Source: an uncultured delta proteobacterium (lineage in GTDB: Bacteria; Desulfobacterota; Desulfobacteria; Desulfobacterales; QNYZ01). From it: a DNA stretch of 64,000 bases. Positions 11,475-21,565 of the stretch are shown here, one piece after another (position 1 is the stretch's first letter; each line of letters begins with the position of its first letter). The stretch is from the NCBI GenBank assembly GCA_963845145.1, contig CAWJQU010000002.1, forward strand, positions 32,001 through 96,000. The letters run 5' to 3'. The notes beneath the pieces were generated by a model, which did no database searches, was not told the origin of the DNA, and saw only the letters and a list, made by a program, of their open reading frames with translations. Both the position numbers and the translations under genes were made by a program.

Positions 11475-12023
11475 TCAAGAAACCTTTGTGAGCACAACGG
11501 CCCGACTCAACAAAACCTTCGGCTGGTCGGTAACTTGAAACCCCACCTGGGTGGCCATCTCCAACATTGTTCGAAAACGACCTTTAGTCACATGAAATTT
11601 TGGCTCGACAATGAGGAAGGCCCCTTCCGGCGATAAAAATGATAGAACCTCTTGTAGAAAATGCAGGGTATCGGGAACTTCGTGCACCATGTAAAACGCA
11701 TTGATGAAATCAAATGTGTCTTTAACCGGTATCTTATCCACTTGACTCAAACAGGTTTCAACACGGCCAGCCAAACCGGATTTATTGATCCGCCGTTCCA
11801 CCTTTGCCAGCATCTCCGGCTGGATATCTACCGCAACCACCTTGCCCGGTTCGCCAACCAACTTGGCCATGCCCACCACGGCAAATCCCGCCCCACAGCC
11901 TACGTCCATTACCCGCATACCGGGTTTCACATAAGGACTGAACAGCTTTTCGGGATTATGCAATAGCGGTCGCAGGAAGTTGTCAAAGGTCCAGACATGC
12001 CGATGGGAACATATATGTCCCAT
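11475..12023 (-). CDS. Class I SAM-dependent methyltransferase
   Basis: VMDVGCGAG motif I, AVDIQPEML, VHEVPD. Confidence 0.88.
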   Translation of the reverse strand: MGHICSHRHVWTFDNFLRPLLHNPEKLFSPYVKPGMRVMDVGCGAGFAVVGMAKLVGEPGKVVAVDIQPEMLAKVERRINKSGLAGRVETCLSQVDKIPVKDTFDFINAFYMVHEVPDTLHFLQEVLSFLSPEGAFLIVEPKFHVTKGRFRTMLEMATQVGFQVTDQPKVLLSRAVVLTKVS

Positions 12024-12327
12024 TTCATCACCTCGCTCAATCTAACATTGATTTACAATGGGTGGCGGTCAAATTTCCCCTATACTATTCAGACCAATAT
12101 GGGCGGACTATATTGCCCATTATCTGTTCATTTTGAGTAACACGTCGGCATAACCGATCGATTTCATAGGGTACGATTACTTGACACCCTCGCCCTTCTA
12201 AAATAAAACGGCACTTCCATCGTCTTTAATTCGAAACTTTATATGAAGCCATTCGTTGATAGGATTCATCGTCACGCTTACACTGAATTCTCAACATAGC
12301 CAACCCAAGCCCGGAAATAAAAACACA

Positions 12328-12963
12328 ATGAACATACAAACACTATTGCTGATTGCACCACCGATTTTATTGGCCCTAACCTTTCACGAGTATGCACATG
12401 CGTACATTGCCTACTTGTATGGCGATGATACTGCCAAGCAACAGGGCCGATTATCCCTAAACCCACTACGCCACCTGGATCCGCTGGGAACGATCATGAT
12501 ATTCCTCGTCCATTTCGGGTGGGCGAAACCCGTCCCGGTTAATCCATCCCGCCTGAAAAACCCCAAAAATGACATGCTTTGGATAAGCGCGGCCGGACCG
12601 CTATCGAATATGGGGTTGGCAATAATCAGCGGCATTCTGCTAAGACTGCTTTACGCCATGGCCGGCATGCCTGAACAGTATTCATTTATGGGTACATTGA
12701 TATTTATGGTATATATGAGCCTGCAGATCAACCTGGCGCTGGCCATTTTCAATATCCTTCCTATTGCACCGCTGGATGGCTCCAAAATCTTATCCGGGGT
12801 GTTACCGGACAAGCACGCCAACATCATTCACTTTTTAGAACGCTACGGGCCGTTTATCCTGATCGGATTAATCCTGTTTGGACAGGCGACGGGTGTATCT
12901 ATTATAGGGAAAATAATCTGGCCCTTTGTGGCATTCTTTACCAAACTTTTTGGGGGGATCTAA
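12328..12963 (+). CDS. Site-2 protease (M50 family) membrane metalloprotease
   Basis: HEYAH, GWAKPVPVNP, AAGPLSN, FNILPIAPLDG. Confidence 0.92.
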   Translation: MNIQTLLLIAPPILLALTFHEYAHAYIAYLYGDDTAKQQGRLSLNPLRHLDPLGTIMIFLVHFGWAKPVPVNPSRLKNPKNDMLWISAAGPLSNMGLAIISGILLRLLYAMAGMPEQYSFMGTLIFMVYMSLQINLALAIFNILPIAPLDGSKILSGVLPDKHANIIHFLERYGPFILIGLILFGQATGVSIIGKIIWPFVAFFTKLFGGI

Positions 12964-13035
12964 TGACAGAACAATAAGGGCAGAGTTGAACATTTTTTGA
13001 CAGATTATCTTCATACCCAAATGATAAATTTGTAT

Positions 13036-13079
13036 TTGACAATGAAGCTATAATTGGTTATATTCGCATATAACGATAT
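13036..13079 (+). promoter_or_regulatory. Sigma-70 promoter of arsR with a putative operator
   Basis: TTGACA (13036)-17 nt-TATATT (13059); ATATAACGATAT (13068-13079) recurs inverted at 13462-13473 upstream of the permease. Confidence 0.55.
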
Positions 13080-13088
13080 GGAGATACT

Positions 13089-13433
13089 ATGAAATCATTT
13101 GTTAAAGTAATGAAAGCGCTATCTGACCCGAACCGTGTCAAAATTATCAAGGTGCTGCAACAAAAAAAAATGTGCGTCTGTGAGCTGCAGGGAGCCTTAG
13201 GTATAGCCCAGTCAACGGTATCCAAACATCTGAGAATACTTGAAGAGGCTGGTTTAGTTGACTACAAAAAAGATGGCCTCTGGGTAAACTATTTTCTTGC
13301 AAACGGCAAAGGCAGCCCCTATGCAGCCTGCTTATTAGGCAATCTTCAGCACTGGCTGAACGAAGATTCTGACGTTGCTGAATTGATGAAAAAAGCGCCG
13401 TTTATAAACCGGGAAGATATCTGCGGGAATTAA
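13089..13433 (+). CDS. ArsR/SmtB-family metalloregulator
   Basis: KALSDPNR, MCVCEL box, AQSTVSKHL. Confidence 0.92.
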   Translation: MKSFVKVMKALSDPNRVKIIKVLQQKKMCVCELQGALGIAQSTVSKHLRILEEAGLVDYKKDGLWVNYFLANGKGSPYAACLLGNLQHWLNEDSDVAELMKKAPFINREDICGN

Positions 13434-13567
13434 TTTTTTCCTTAATATTTTTTTCCTTAATATATCGTTATATAACTATTTAACGTTTTATTTTACAAAC
13501 AACCGAAGTATTTTTAAAAAAAACATAGGTTCGGTATCGGACAAGAAGAGAACAAGGAAATTCAAAA

Positions 13568-14953
13568 ATGAGTGAAATCGTCGCAATCACGGAACAAAGT
13601 GCTGGTATCGAACACCCTTCGAAAATCGAACAGGTGGACGCTCAGCCGAGTCTGATCGAATGGAAAACAATATGGAAGCCATTGGGCCTCATCGCCGGCG
13701 TTTTTCTTCTGTTTTTCTGGCTACCCATTGATAATGATCGATTCACAGGGGCGGTGATCGAATCATTGGCTTTAACCAAATGGTATGCCCAGGAGCATGT
13801 ACTGCTGTGTCTGGTACCCGCATTTTTCATCGCCGGTGCCATTTCGGTATTTGTGTCCCAGGCCACGGTCATAAAATACCTGGGCGCTGGGACCAAAAAG
13901 GTTCTCTCTTATGGTGTGGCCTCGGTTTCAGGCACCATCCTGGCTGTCTGCTCGTGTACGGTGTTGCCACTATTCGCAGGAATATGGAAACGCGGTGCCG
14001 GTCTTGGCCCGGCGATAGCTTTTCTTTATTCCGGACCGGCTATCAATGTGCTGGCAATCGTACTCACGGCCCGGATACTAGGCCCGGAGATAGGTCTGGC
14101 CAGGGCCGTGGGGGCCATTGTGTTCAGTATCGTTATCGGGTTGCTCATGCACCTGTTCTTTCGTAAAGAAGAGCAAGTCAAAGCCGATTCAGCCATGCAC
14201 ATGCCTGAACCGGAAGTAGAGCGACCGCTGTGGCAGAATGGGGTTTATTTTGCGGTTATGGTGAGCATTTTAATTTCAGCGACCTGGGGTAAGCCCACAC
14301 AACCGGTCGGAATGTGGCATGCGATTTACAGCGTTAAATGGTTATTGACCGGTTCATTCGCGATTGTCCTGGGTGTGCTGCTGGCGAAATGGTTCCGCGT
14401 GAAACCTTACAAAGTGGTCCTGGGAGCCGTTGTCGTTCTGGCCCTGTCGCTTGTATTCCCCCATGAACCGCTGATTGCTTTTTCAGCCGGTATCATTGCC
14501 CTGGTCATTATGCTAACCTCTACCCGGGGTGAAACCGAGAGTTGGTTTCTGTCCACCTGGGATTTCGCCAAACAGATCTTACCGCTTTTGTTTGCAGGCG
14601 TGTTGGTGGCAGGCCTGCTACTCGGGAGGCCCGGTTCGGAAGGGTTGATTCCCTCGCAATGGATTAGCGGTCTGGTTGGCGGCAACTCTCTGTGGGCCAA
14701 TCTCTTCGCTTCGGTAGTGGGTGCCTTTATGTATTTTGCAACGCTGACCGAAGTGCCGATTTTACAAGGGTTACTAGGGGCCGGTATGGGAAAAGGACCG
14801 GCGTTGGCATTGCTGCTGGCCGGACCGGCGTTGAGCCTGCCCAACATGCTGGTCATCCGCAGCGTGTTGGGTACCAAAAAAACGATCGTATTCGTAGTCC
14901 TGGTGATTACCATGGCCACTATCAGCGGTTTGATTTTCGGACACTATTTTTAA
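13568..14953 (+). CDS. ArsP/DUF318-type permease
   Basis: Multi-TM; AVCSCTVLP, FLYSGPAIN, YFATLTEVP, LLAGPALSLP. Confidence 0.85.
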   Translation: MSEIVAITEQSAGIEHPSKIEQVDAQPSLIEWKTIWKPLGLIAGVFLLFFWLPIDNDRFTGAVIESLALTKWYAQEHVLLCLVPAFFIAGAISVFVSQATVIKYLGAGTKKVLSYGVASVSGTILAVCSCTVLPLFAGIWKRGAGLGPAIAFLYSGPAINVLAIVLTARILGPEIGLARAVGAIVFSIVIGLLMHLFFRKEEQVKADSAMHMPEPEVERPLWQNGVYFAVMVSILISATWGKPTQPVGMWHAIYSVKWLLTGSFAIVLGVLLAKWFRVKPYKVVLGAVVVLALSLVFPHEPLIAFSAGIIALVIMLTSTRGETESWFLSTWDFAKQILPLLFAGVLVAGLLLGRPGSEGLIPSQWISGLVGGNSLWANLFASVVGAFMYFATLTEVPILQGLLGAGMGKGPALALLLAGPALSLPNMLVIRSVLGTKKTIVFVVLVITMATISGLIFGHYF

Positions 14954-15009
14954 ATCGTTATGCTCAATCTTCAACCAAACACGTCATTAATCTTGCAAAG
15001 GAGAAGACA

Positions 15010-15240
15010 ATGGACATCAAAGTCTTGGGGCCGGGATGCCAGAAATGCATGCAGACAGAAAAGATTGTCAAGAATGCCGTCGCCGAGAGCGGCGTTCAAG
15101 CAACGGTGGAGAAGGTTACCGACATCATGGAAATTGCCGGTTATGGCGTTTTCGTTACACCCGCCGTGGTGGTCGACGGCGATGTCAAATGCGTGGGCAA
15201 AGTCCCCACAGAGGAAATGGTCAAGTCCTGGTTAAAATAA
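15010..15240 (+). CDS. Small redox-active disulfide protein (MTH895-like thioredoxin)
   Basis: MDIKVLGPGCQKC...YGVFVTPAVVVDG; start after GGAGAAG (the track ORF is over-extended). Confidence 0.9.
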   Translation: MDIKVLGPGCQKCMQTEKIVKNAVAESGVQATVEKVTDIMEIAGYGVFVTPAVVVDGDVKCVGKVPTEEMVKSWLK

Positions 15241-15277
15241 TAGATCTGGCTCGAAAAATAGAAAAGGAGGAAAAACA

Positions 15278-15616
15278 ATGACTGAACAGCGACTTTTGGC
15301 TGAATGGTTCCCGGAGTTTGCGGAACAATTTGACAAGATCGATTCGCTTTACAGGGAAATGCGAACGATCGATGAAAAAACATACCAATTCATCTGTTTT
15401 GCCCTTGCGATAAAAGCGCGCTCTAAGCCGTGTGCATTAAAGCACTTTATGGGCGCCATGGAAGCCGGGGCCACGGTAAAAGAGCTCGCCTACATTTTGG
15501 CCCTTACGATGCGGGAAGCAGCCGGCGGCGACGACTGTTGGACGCATGATGCATTGGGAGATTATAAGAAGCTTATTGCTGAGGGGCTGAAAAGCTCTGA
15601 GTGCTGCGTCAAATAA
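15278..15616 (+). CDS. Carboxymuconolactone decarboxylase (CMD/AhpD)-like protein
   Basis: IDEKTYQFICFALAI...CALKH...AMEAGATVKEL pattern; AGGAGG RBS. Confidence 0.75.
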   Translation: MTEQRLLAEWFPEFAEQFDKIDSLYREMRTIDEKTYQFICFALAIKARSKPCALKHFMGAMEAGATVKELAYILALTMREAAGGDDCWTHDALGDYKKLIAEGLKSSECCVK

Positions 15617-15656
15617 AAAATACGAGCCCCAGGTGCCGTTTTCCAAATTTTGCCCA

Positions 15657-16472
15657 TCAGCCTAAGGCCACATCGAGCATCATCATCACTGAAAAACCGA
15701 TCATGGTTGTCATCGTTACCAAATCGATGTTGGCGTAATTCCTTTGAGACTCCGGGATCAACTCCTCTACTACGACAAAGATCATGGCTCCGGCGGCAAA
15801 GCAGAGGGCATAAGGCAGAATGGGTTGCATTATCAGGACGAACAGGGCGCCGAAAACCCCGGCAATGGGTTCCACCATACCTGAAGCTTGCCCCATGAAA
15901 AAGCTTTTCCCCTTGGACATCCCCTCTCTTCTCAATGGCATAGATACTGCTGTTCCTTCGGGAAAGTTTTGAAGTCCTATGCCAATGGCCAAGGCTACGG
16001 CACCGCCAATGGTGGCAGAAGGAAGGCCGGCCGCAACAGCGCCAAATGCCACCCCAACAGCTAAACCTTCAGGAATATTGTGAAGCGTAATGGCGAGGAC
16101 CAGAAGTGTACTACGCTGCCATGATGTCTTAACGCCTTCGCTTTTGTCGATACTTAGACCGTGATGAAGGTGGGGTAGAAATTTGTCTGTCAATCGCATA
16201 AATACACCGCCACCCAAAAACCCGATCACGGCCGTCAGCCAGGGTATGTGCCCCAATTGTTCGGCCATCTCTATACCCGGTGCCAGCAGAGACCAGAAGC
16301 TGGCCGCAATCATGACACCAGCGGCAAACCCGAGCATGGAGTCCATTAGCTTCTTGTCGACCGCTTTTGTAAAAAAAACGAGTGCTGCCCCGGCGGCTGT
16401 GACGCCCCAGGTAAAAAGGGTGGCGATGAAGGCCTGCATGACGGGACTGAATTGTTGTATAAAATCGATCAT
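15657..16472 (-). CDS. ZIP-family metal transporter (ZupT/GufA-like)
   Basis: [34 protein letters not shown]. Confidence 0.92.
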   Translation of the reverse strand: MIDFIQQFSPVMQAFIATLFTWGVTAAGAALVFFTKAVDKKLMDSMLGFAAGVMIAASFWSLLAPGIEMAEQLGHIPWLTAVIGFLGGGVFMRLTDKFLPHLHHGLSIDKSEGVKTSWQRSTLLVLAITLHNIPEGLAVGVAFGAVAAGLPSATIGGAVALAIGIGLQNFPEGTAVSMPLRREGMSKGKSFFMGQASGMVEPIAGVFGALFVLIMQPILPYALCFAAGAMIFVVVEELIPESQRNYANIDLVTMTTMIGFSVMMMLDVALG

Positions 16473-16710
16473 CTTATCACCTTTGCTCGGCAATCAATAA
16501 TAAGTGGTTTCGACCAATGCCAAATAGGAAGTGTTATCTTCAAGTTAAAACATCATATCAAATTTGCAATTCGCTATGAGGTATAGGCTTGCATATTAAA
16601 ACCTGCCAAATAACCTGTTTTGCATATTTCCCAAAAAAATTCAGGCAGCACCATAACTGCCAAATCTCAAAGGATCATTGAAACTGATTGGCTTAACGCC
16701 GCCGGTCGAT

Positions 16711-18126
16711 TTATGCCTTAAAATCTTCCTTTCGTAGTCCAAACCGCTTCATTTTCCCATACAATCCCCGCTGATGGATTCCCGCTATCCGGGCGGTTTC
16801 ATCAACCCGCCCGTGTGTCTTGGCAAGGGCCTGTTCAAGGTAGTGTCGTTCGACCTTCTCCATGACCTCCTGCCTTACCTCCGGCAACGTTCTTTTCAAC
16901 ATGTCGATGCCGGCTAAACCTAATCCATCGCATGCCTTGCCGTTCCGAGCGGCACTGTTTTGAAAGGCCTGGGGCAGTTCCGCCATTCCGATCTCATCCG
17001 ATTTACACAACAACATGGCGCGTTCGATTACGTTCATGAGTTCGCGGACATTTCCCGGCCAGTCATACGCGCATAGCGCCTCAACGGCTTCATCGGACAA
17101 CCGGTTAATTTCCCGTCCTATTTTATAACGGAAATGCGTTGTGAACCGACGAATAAGCGTGGGAATGTCTTCCGCTCGATGCCGCAGGGGTGGAATCGTA
17201 AGCATCAAAACACTGAGCCGGTAATAGAGATCCTGGCGGAAGCTTCCCTCGGTTATGGCTTTTTCGAGGTTTTTGTTGGTGGCGGCAATGACACGTACAT
17301 CCAGCTCGATGGTTTTTTCCCCACCAATTGGCTTTATTTCATAATCCTGTAAAACCCGCAGCAGTTTTACCTGAAGGTGGAGGGGCATTTCTCCGATTTC
17401 ATCTAGAAAAAACGTTCCCCGATGCGCCAGTTCAAAGGCGCCCCGGCGATACCGGAGTGCACCGGTAAATGCGCCTTTTTCATGTCCGAAAAGTTCACTT
17501 TCGAGCAATTGTTCCGGCAATGCGGCCGTATTTAACGATATGAACGGTCCCACGGATCGGGGTCCCTGAGCATGTATCGCCTTTGCCAGATGCTCTTTCC
17601 CCACGCCGGTCTCTCCGGTAATCAGGATGGGAGAATCGCTGGGAATGACCTGATTTACTTCCTCCATAAAAATGTTCATGGTCTGACTATCCGCTACGAA
17701 ATCGGAAATTTTCGGCTCCACCACTCCCCGGCGGTCATACCGTTTGCGTTGAATAAACTGCCGTCTCGATTCCAGGACCGTTTCAATGGCCTCAAACAAA
17801 CTTTTTTTGGCGATACCGGTGTAAAGCACGGCATCGGCTCCCGCTGCGGCCAGATGGGCGTGCTCTTCGCGAGAATCGCCAGTGTACAGTACCACTGTTG
17901 TCGGATTCTCGGGCAACTCATTAAGCATGGCGATGCCGTCCTCAACCGGTACCAGAAGGAGGGCTTCACTGATGATGATGACATCGCACCCGCTCTGCAT
18001 GACATTTTGCCATAACAAAGGGGAGGACTTAAATCTTTGAATCTGGACATCGGCGTCTTCAAGCGCCTTTGTGAGGTACTTTTGAATTCCGGTTTCCAGA
18101 ACAGCCAGGCCCACACGAATGATCAC
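16711..18126 (-). CDS. Sigma-54-dependent transcriptional activator (bEBP) with an atypical receiver-like N-terminus
   Basis: GETGVGKE, ESELFGHEKGAFTGA, FFLDEIGE, FRQDLYYRL, WPGNVREL, C-terminal Fis-like HTH. Confidence 0.92.
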   Translation of the reverse strand: MIIRVGLAVLETGIQKYLTKALEDADVQIQRFKSSPLLWQNVMQSGCDVIIISEALLLVPVEDGIAMLNELPENPTTVVLYTGDSREEHAHLAAAGADAVLYTGIAKKSLFEAIETVLESRRQFIQRKRYDRRGVVEPKISDFVADSQTMNIFMEEVNQVIPSDSPILITGETGVGKEHLAKAIHAQGPRSVGPFISLNTAALPEQLLESELFGHEKGAFTGALRYRRGAFELAHRGTFFLDEIGEMPLHLQVKLLRVLQDYEIKPIGGEKTIELDVRVIAATNKNLEKAITEGSFRQDLYYRLSVLMLTIPPLRHRAEDIPTLIRRFTTHFRYKIGREINRLSDEAVEALCAYDWPGNVRELMNVIERAMLLCKSDEIGMAELPQAFQNSAARNGKACDGLGLAGIDMLKRTLPEVRQEVMEKVERHYLEQALAKTHGRVDETARIAGIHQRGLYGKMKRFGLRKEDFKA

Positions 18127-18449
18127 ACTGACCTCTCTTTCGGTAGCTCGTTACCGATAACTGATAATCACAAACAGAAAAAAACCGATTTTTTCGGTAA
18201 TAATTTACTGTATTTGTCCATTGCTATAGCATAATCCAGGGTGATCGTTTTATCAAATTCTTTTTAATAAAGTGTGTTGTGTGTCAATTGAATATATATA
18301 GGAAATAATCGGCCTTATGGTAAAATTTTTCTATTTTATTCTTTTTTAAGTATTAATTTACTTAAAAAAGATCGGTTTTTAAAACCCCACTTACAACATA
18401 TTGATCTATTTTCAATAAGATATCAAATCGTTATATACTTTTTTTAATG

Positions 18450-18466
18450 TTGGCATAAAATCTGCT
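18450..18466 (+). promoter_or_regulatory. Sigma-54 (-24/-12) promoter
   Basis: TTGGCATAAAATCTGCT, GG-N10-GC spacing, divergent from a bEBP gene and about 50 nt upstream of the first ORF of the operon. Confidence 0.75.
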
Positions 18467-18516
18467 GATACCGATTTCATGTTGATGTCCATATGCCGCC
18501 AAAAAAAGGAACAAAA

Positions 18517-18723
18517 ATGAGTTCGTCGGATTACGATGATCAATACGAAGATGATCACTTCAAGAAAATCAAGCCCAAAAGCAGAAAACCGTCCAAATTG
18601 ATTATGGATTCGGAAGAGGAAATCTCCCATAAAAAAAAGCGGGGCGGAAAACGTTCTCACCGGAAATCGACCCTGAAAGAAGAGTTGTGGGAAGAAGCCC
18701 TGAACCCGCGCGCTCGGAAATAA
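18517..18723 (+). CDS. Small highly charged peptide (68 aa), unknown function
   Basis: ATG after AAAGGA, directly downstream of the sigma-54 promoter; MSSSDYDDQYEDDHFKKIKPKSRK...EELWEEALNPRARK. Confidence 0.6.
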   Translation: MSSSDYDDQYEDDHFKKIKPKSRKPSKLIMDSEEEISHKKKRGGKRSHRKSTLKEELWEEALNPRARK

Positions 18724-18829
18724 CGAACCGGGGAAGGACTTTTAGCTTAAGTGGTGTGATTCGAAAAACAACGAATGTTTGTTGAGAATCCACTTCCAAA
18801 TAAACCTTTGATTTAGGAGATATGGGGAT

Positions 18830-19255
18830 ATGTCTACGCTGACCAGCGCGAAAGCGGTCATAACGGATTCGGACCGCGACATTGTCCGAATGGCGATTGA
18901 TCGAAAAGTTTGGGGGATTGCCTCTTCCATTGATATTTATGATTGTGATCCCGATAAAATCCGATGCGCCGATACCATCAGGCAATTCGTAATCGATCTT
19001 TGCGCCCTCATTGACATGAAACGGTTCGGTGAGACCCAAGTGGTCCATTTTGGAGAAGACGAACGCGTGGCGGGATTCTCCATGGTTCAACTCATTGAAA
19101 CTTCGCTTATTTCGGCTCATTTTGCCAACTTGAGCAATGCCACCTACTTAGACGTGTTCAGTTGCAAGCCCTATGATCCGGAAGTCGTGAGGACTTTTTC
19201 ACAAGCCTATTTCGGGGGCACCGAAAGCATTTTAAATGTGAATTTGCGACAATAG
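18830..19255 (+). CDS. Pyruvoyl-dependent S-adenosylmethionine decarboxylase-like proenzyme (SpeD family)
   Basis: IDIYDC, GFSMVQLIETSLISAH (self-cleavage region), YLDVFSCK; AGGAGA RBS. Confidence 0.8.
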   Translation: MSTLTSAKAVITDSDRDIVRMAIDRKVWGIASSIDIYDCDPDKIRCADTIRQFVIDLCALIDMKRFGETQVVHFGEDERVAGFSMVQLIETSLISAHFANLSNATYLDVFSCKPYDPEVVRTFSQAYFGGTESILNVNLRQ

Positions 19256-19266
19256 GAGGCCGGCCG

Positions 19267-20235
19267 ATGGTCGCTATCGACATCATCACCGATGTAAAAC
19301 AAGGCGAGCAGTATTGGCGCAGATTCTGGCCGAAACGGCAAATTTTTGATCTTTGGCCGGTAAGAGCCTGCTTTCATCATCAATTTAAGCAGGCGCCTTA
19401 TTTTATTGTGGCCCACGATCGCGGTATTTTTCAGGGCATGCTGGCCTTGAGCCGGATTGACGAATCGAAATGCTACGGGCACTTTCCCGGCGAACTGTGG
19501 CAGGGAAGAACCTGGCTGGAGCAAAACCGGATCATTGCCTCAGTCCCATATGTCGCTGAGGCATTGTTGGACCATATTCCAGGCCCTGAAGATATTCGCT
19601 ACCTGTCCCAACCCATCGTTCCCATGGAAGGCTCCTGGATCCATGATGATGAAACCGGTTATATGTTTTACCCCGCCCACTACGGCTATAGCGTTGACAC
19701 TTTCATGGGCTGCTTTTCCGGCAAGCGCCGAAAAAACCTTCGCCGTGAGTTGGATTGTCTACGTGCCCAAGGGGTCGAATACCGGTACAACAGGCTTTCA
19801 GATATTGATCTGCTTTTTAATTTAAACCTGGAGAATTTTGGAGAACAATCCTATTTCAGAGATCCCCGATTTTTAAACGCTTTTGAAAACCTGGCGATCT
19901 GGCTCCATGCAAACGATCTGCTCCGTTTGACGACGGTCATTATCGGGGGGCAGGTGGCCGCCGTCGATATGGGGGCGGTATTTAATTCGATATACACGAT
20001 CATGGCCGGGGCTGTGCATCCGGAGTTTCCAGGCATCGCTAAATTGATCAACCTTCATCACATTGAGCTTTCCTGCCGATGGAAGGTTTCCGAAACAGAC
20101 TTCTTGTGCGGCGACTTCAATTGGAAGGAACGTTTTCACCTGTCACCACGCCTACTCTACAACATCAGACATCGAAATTCGATCAGCCAGGGGAATGAGG
20201 CGGTCGAGCATCAACGGGTTGCCTGTGCCGCCTGA
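19267..20235 (+). CDS. GNAT-fold protein (FemAB/CelD-BcsL-like double GNAT)
   Basis: FSGKRRKNLRREL, LRLTTVIIGGQVAAVDMG, FPGIAKLI, DFLCGDFNWKERF; GGAGG RBS. Confidence 0.75.
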   Translation: MVAIDIITDVKQGEQYWRRFWPKRQIFDLWPVRACFHHQFKQAPYFIVAHDRGIFQGMLALSRIDESKCYGHFPGELWQGRTWLEQNRIIASVPYVAEALLDHIPGPEDIRYLSQPIVPMEGSWIHDDETGYMFYPAHYGYSVDTFMGCFSGKRRKNLRRELDCLRAQGVEYRYNRLSDIDLLFNLNLENFGEQSYFRDPRFLNAFENLAIWLHANDLLRLTTVIIGGQVAAVDMGAVFNSIYTIMAGAVHPEFPGIAKLINLHHIELSCRWKVSETDFLCGDFNWKERFHLSPRLLYNIRHRNSISQGNEAVEHQRVACAA

Positions 20236-20236
20236 G

Positions 20237-21565
20237 ATGAAAACGCTGGTTGTCGGTACCACCGACGACTATATGCAATGGATACGTGAAAGCGATCACG
20301 AAGCCTGTTTATTCCTGACCGACAACGCCGTTTTACGTCAGAGAACTAAACCCGGAAAAAAGTCGGATGAGCTGGTTTGGGATCTGTCCAATTACGCCGA
20401 AGTGCAAAGTGAACTGCGGCGCTATCTCTCCAAAAACGGCGTCTGCTTAAATGGCATTGCCTGTTTTGATTGTGAATCTCTGGAACTGGCGGCCAGCATC
20501 GCACAGGCCTACGCCCTTCCCTATCCAACGGTTCAAGCCGTAAACAACTGCCGTGATAAATATGTTTCCAAACAGATATGGCGGCAATATGGATTACCCA
20601 CACCCCGCACCCGGATAGTACAGACACCCGAGGAAGCCGTCGATGCCCAAAACGATTACGGCGGCCGCATCGTCCTCAAGCCCAACGGCGGCAGTGGTTC
20701 CGAATTGATTTTTTCATGTATAAGCCGGCAAGATTGTCGAAGGAACTTCACCCGCATCAAGCATGGGCTAAAAAAACGGTCGCATCACCGCCTGTATACC
20801 ACGTATGAGAAGGGTCGCCGCCGGATTCTGGCCGAGGAATTCATTCCCGGAGAAGAATATAGTTGCGACTTCATCATCAAAAACAACCGGGTTGATATCA
20901 TCCGCATCGCCCGCAAAATCATCAGTACGCGCAAACCCTTTGGAACGGCCTCCGCATATCTGGTGCCGGCACAATTACCAAAGGGCATCACCCGGAAGGC
21001 ATTTAATCACCTCCTGATTCGCAGTGCCTCGGTTTTGGGAATTAACCGTGCCATATGCATGATTGACTTCAAGGTGGATGGAGACCAGGTGGTCCTCCTT
21101 GAGTTGACCCCGCGCCCCGGTGGTGATTGCATTCCTTTTTTGTTGCGACGAAGTTTCGGTTTGGACATCCTGACGCTTACCCTGAATTTTTATCGCGAAC
21201 GATCCATTGAACAGTATCAGCGCCAATTCGCTGGTGGGTTTTTTTATGAAGATCGCGTTGCAAAAATAAAAAATTACGTTGCGCTAAGGCTTCATGCCCA
21301 AGAAAAAGGGGTGCTCGAAGACGTTGACACACGAAGGCTTTTTAAAGATCCCCGCGTTCTTGAAATCCATATCATCCGGAAACCGGGGCACCGCATCGTC
21401 CTGCCCCCCGATGATTATGAGTCTTGGCTGCTTGGACATATCGTTTTTGAACCCGAGTTCACCAGGGATCCCGCGGATCAATGCCTTGATCTATTCAGCC
21501 AAATAAAAGTGACCATTAATCCGACCCATGACATTAAGCCAAACCGATATCACCAAGCTGCTTGA
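20237..21565 (+). CDS. ATP-grasp ligase (L-amino-acid-ligase-like)
   Basis: CRDKYVSK, VLKPNGGSGS, LAEEFIPGEEYSCD, LLELTPRPGGD; ATG 1 nt after the GNAT stop. Confidence 0.88.
   Translation: MKTLVVGTTDDYMQWIRESDHEACLFLTDNAVLRQRTKPGKKSDELVWDLSNYAEVQSELRRYLSKNGVCLNGIACFDCESLELAASIAQAYALPYPTVQAVNNCRDKYVSKQIWRQYGLPTPRTRIVQTPEEAVDAQNDYGGRIVLKPNGGSGSELIFSCISRQDCRRNFTRIKHGLKKRSHHRLYTTYEKGRRRILAEEFIPGEEYSCDFIIKNNRVDIIRIARKIISTRKPFGTASAYLVPAQLPKGITRKAFNHLLIRSASVLGINRAICMIDFKVDGDQVVLLELTPRPGGDCIPFLLRRSFGLDILTLTLNFYRERSIEQYQRQFAGGFFYEDRVAKIKNYVALRLHAQEKGVLEDVDTRRLFKDPRVLEIHIIRKPGHRIVLPPDDYESWLLGHIVFEPEFTRDPADQCLDLFSQIKVTINPTHDIKPNRYHQAA

Noticed and set aside
14692..15009. N-terminal extension of the thioredoxin-like ORF
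   Set aside because: It overlaps the permease; the RBS and family match begin at 15010.
20063..20236. 58-aa N-terminal extension of the ATP-grasp ORF in the track
   Set aside because: It overlaps the GNAT gene and starts at TTG; the ATG at 20237 directly after the GNAT stop is more plausible.
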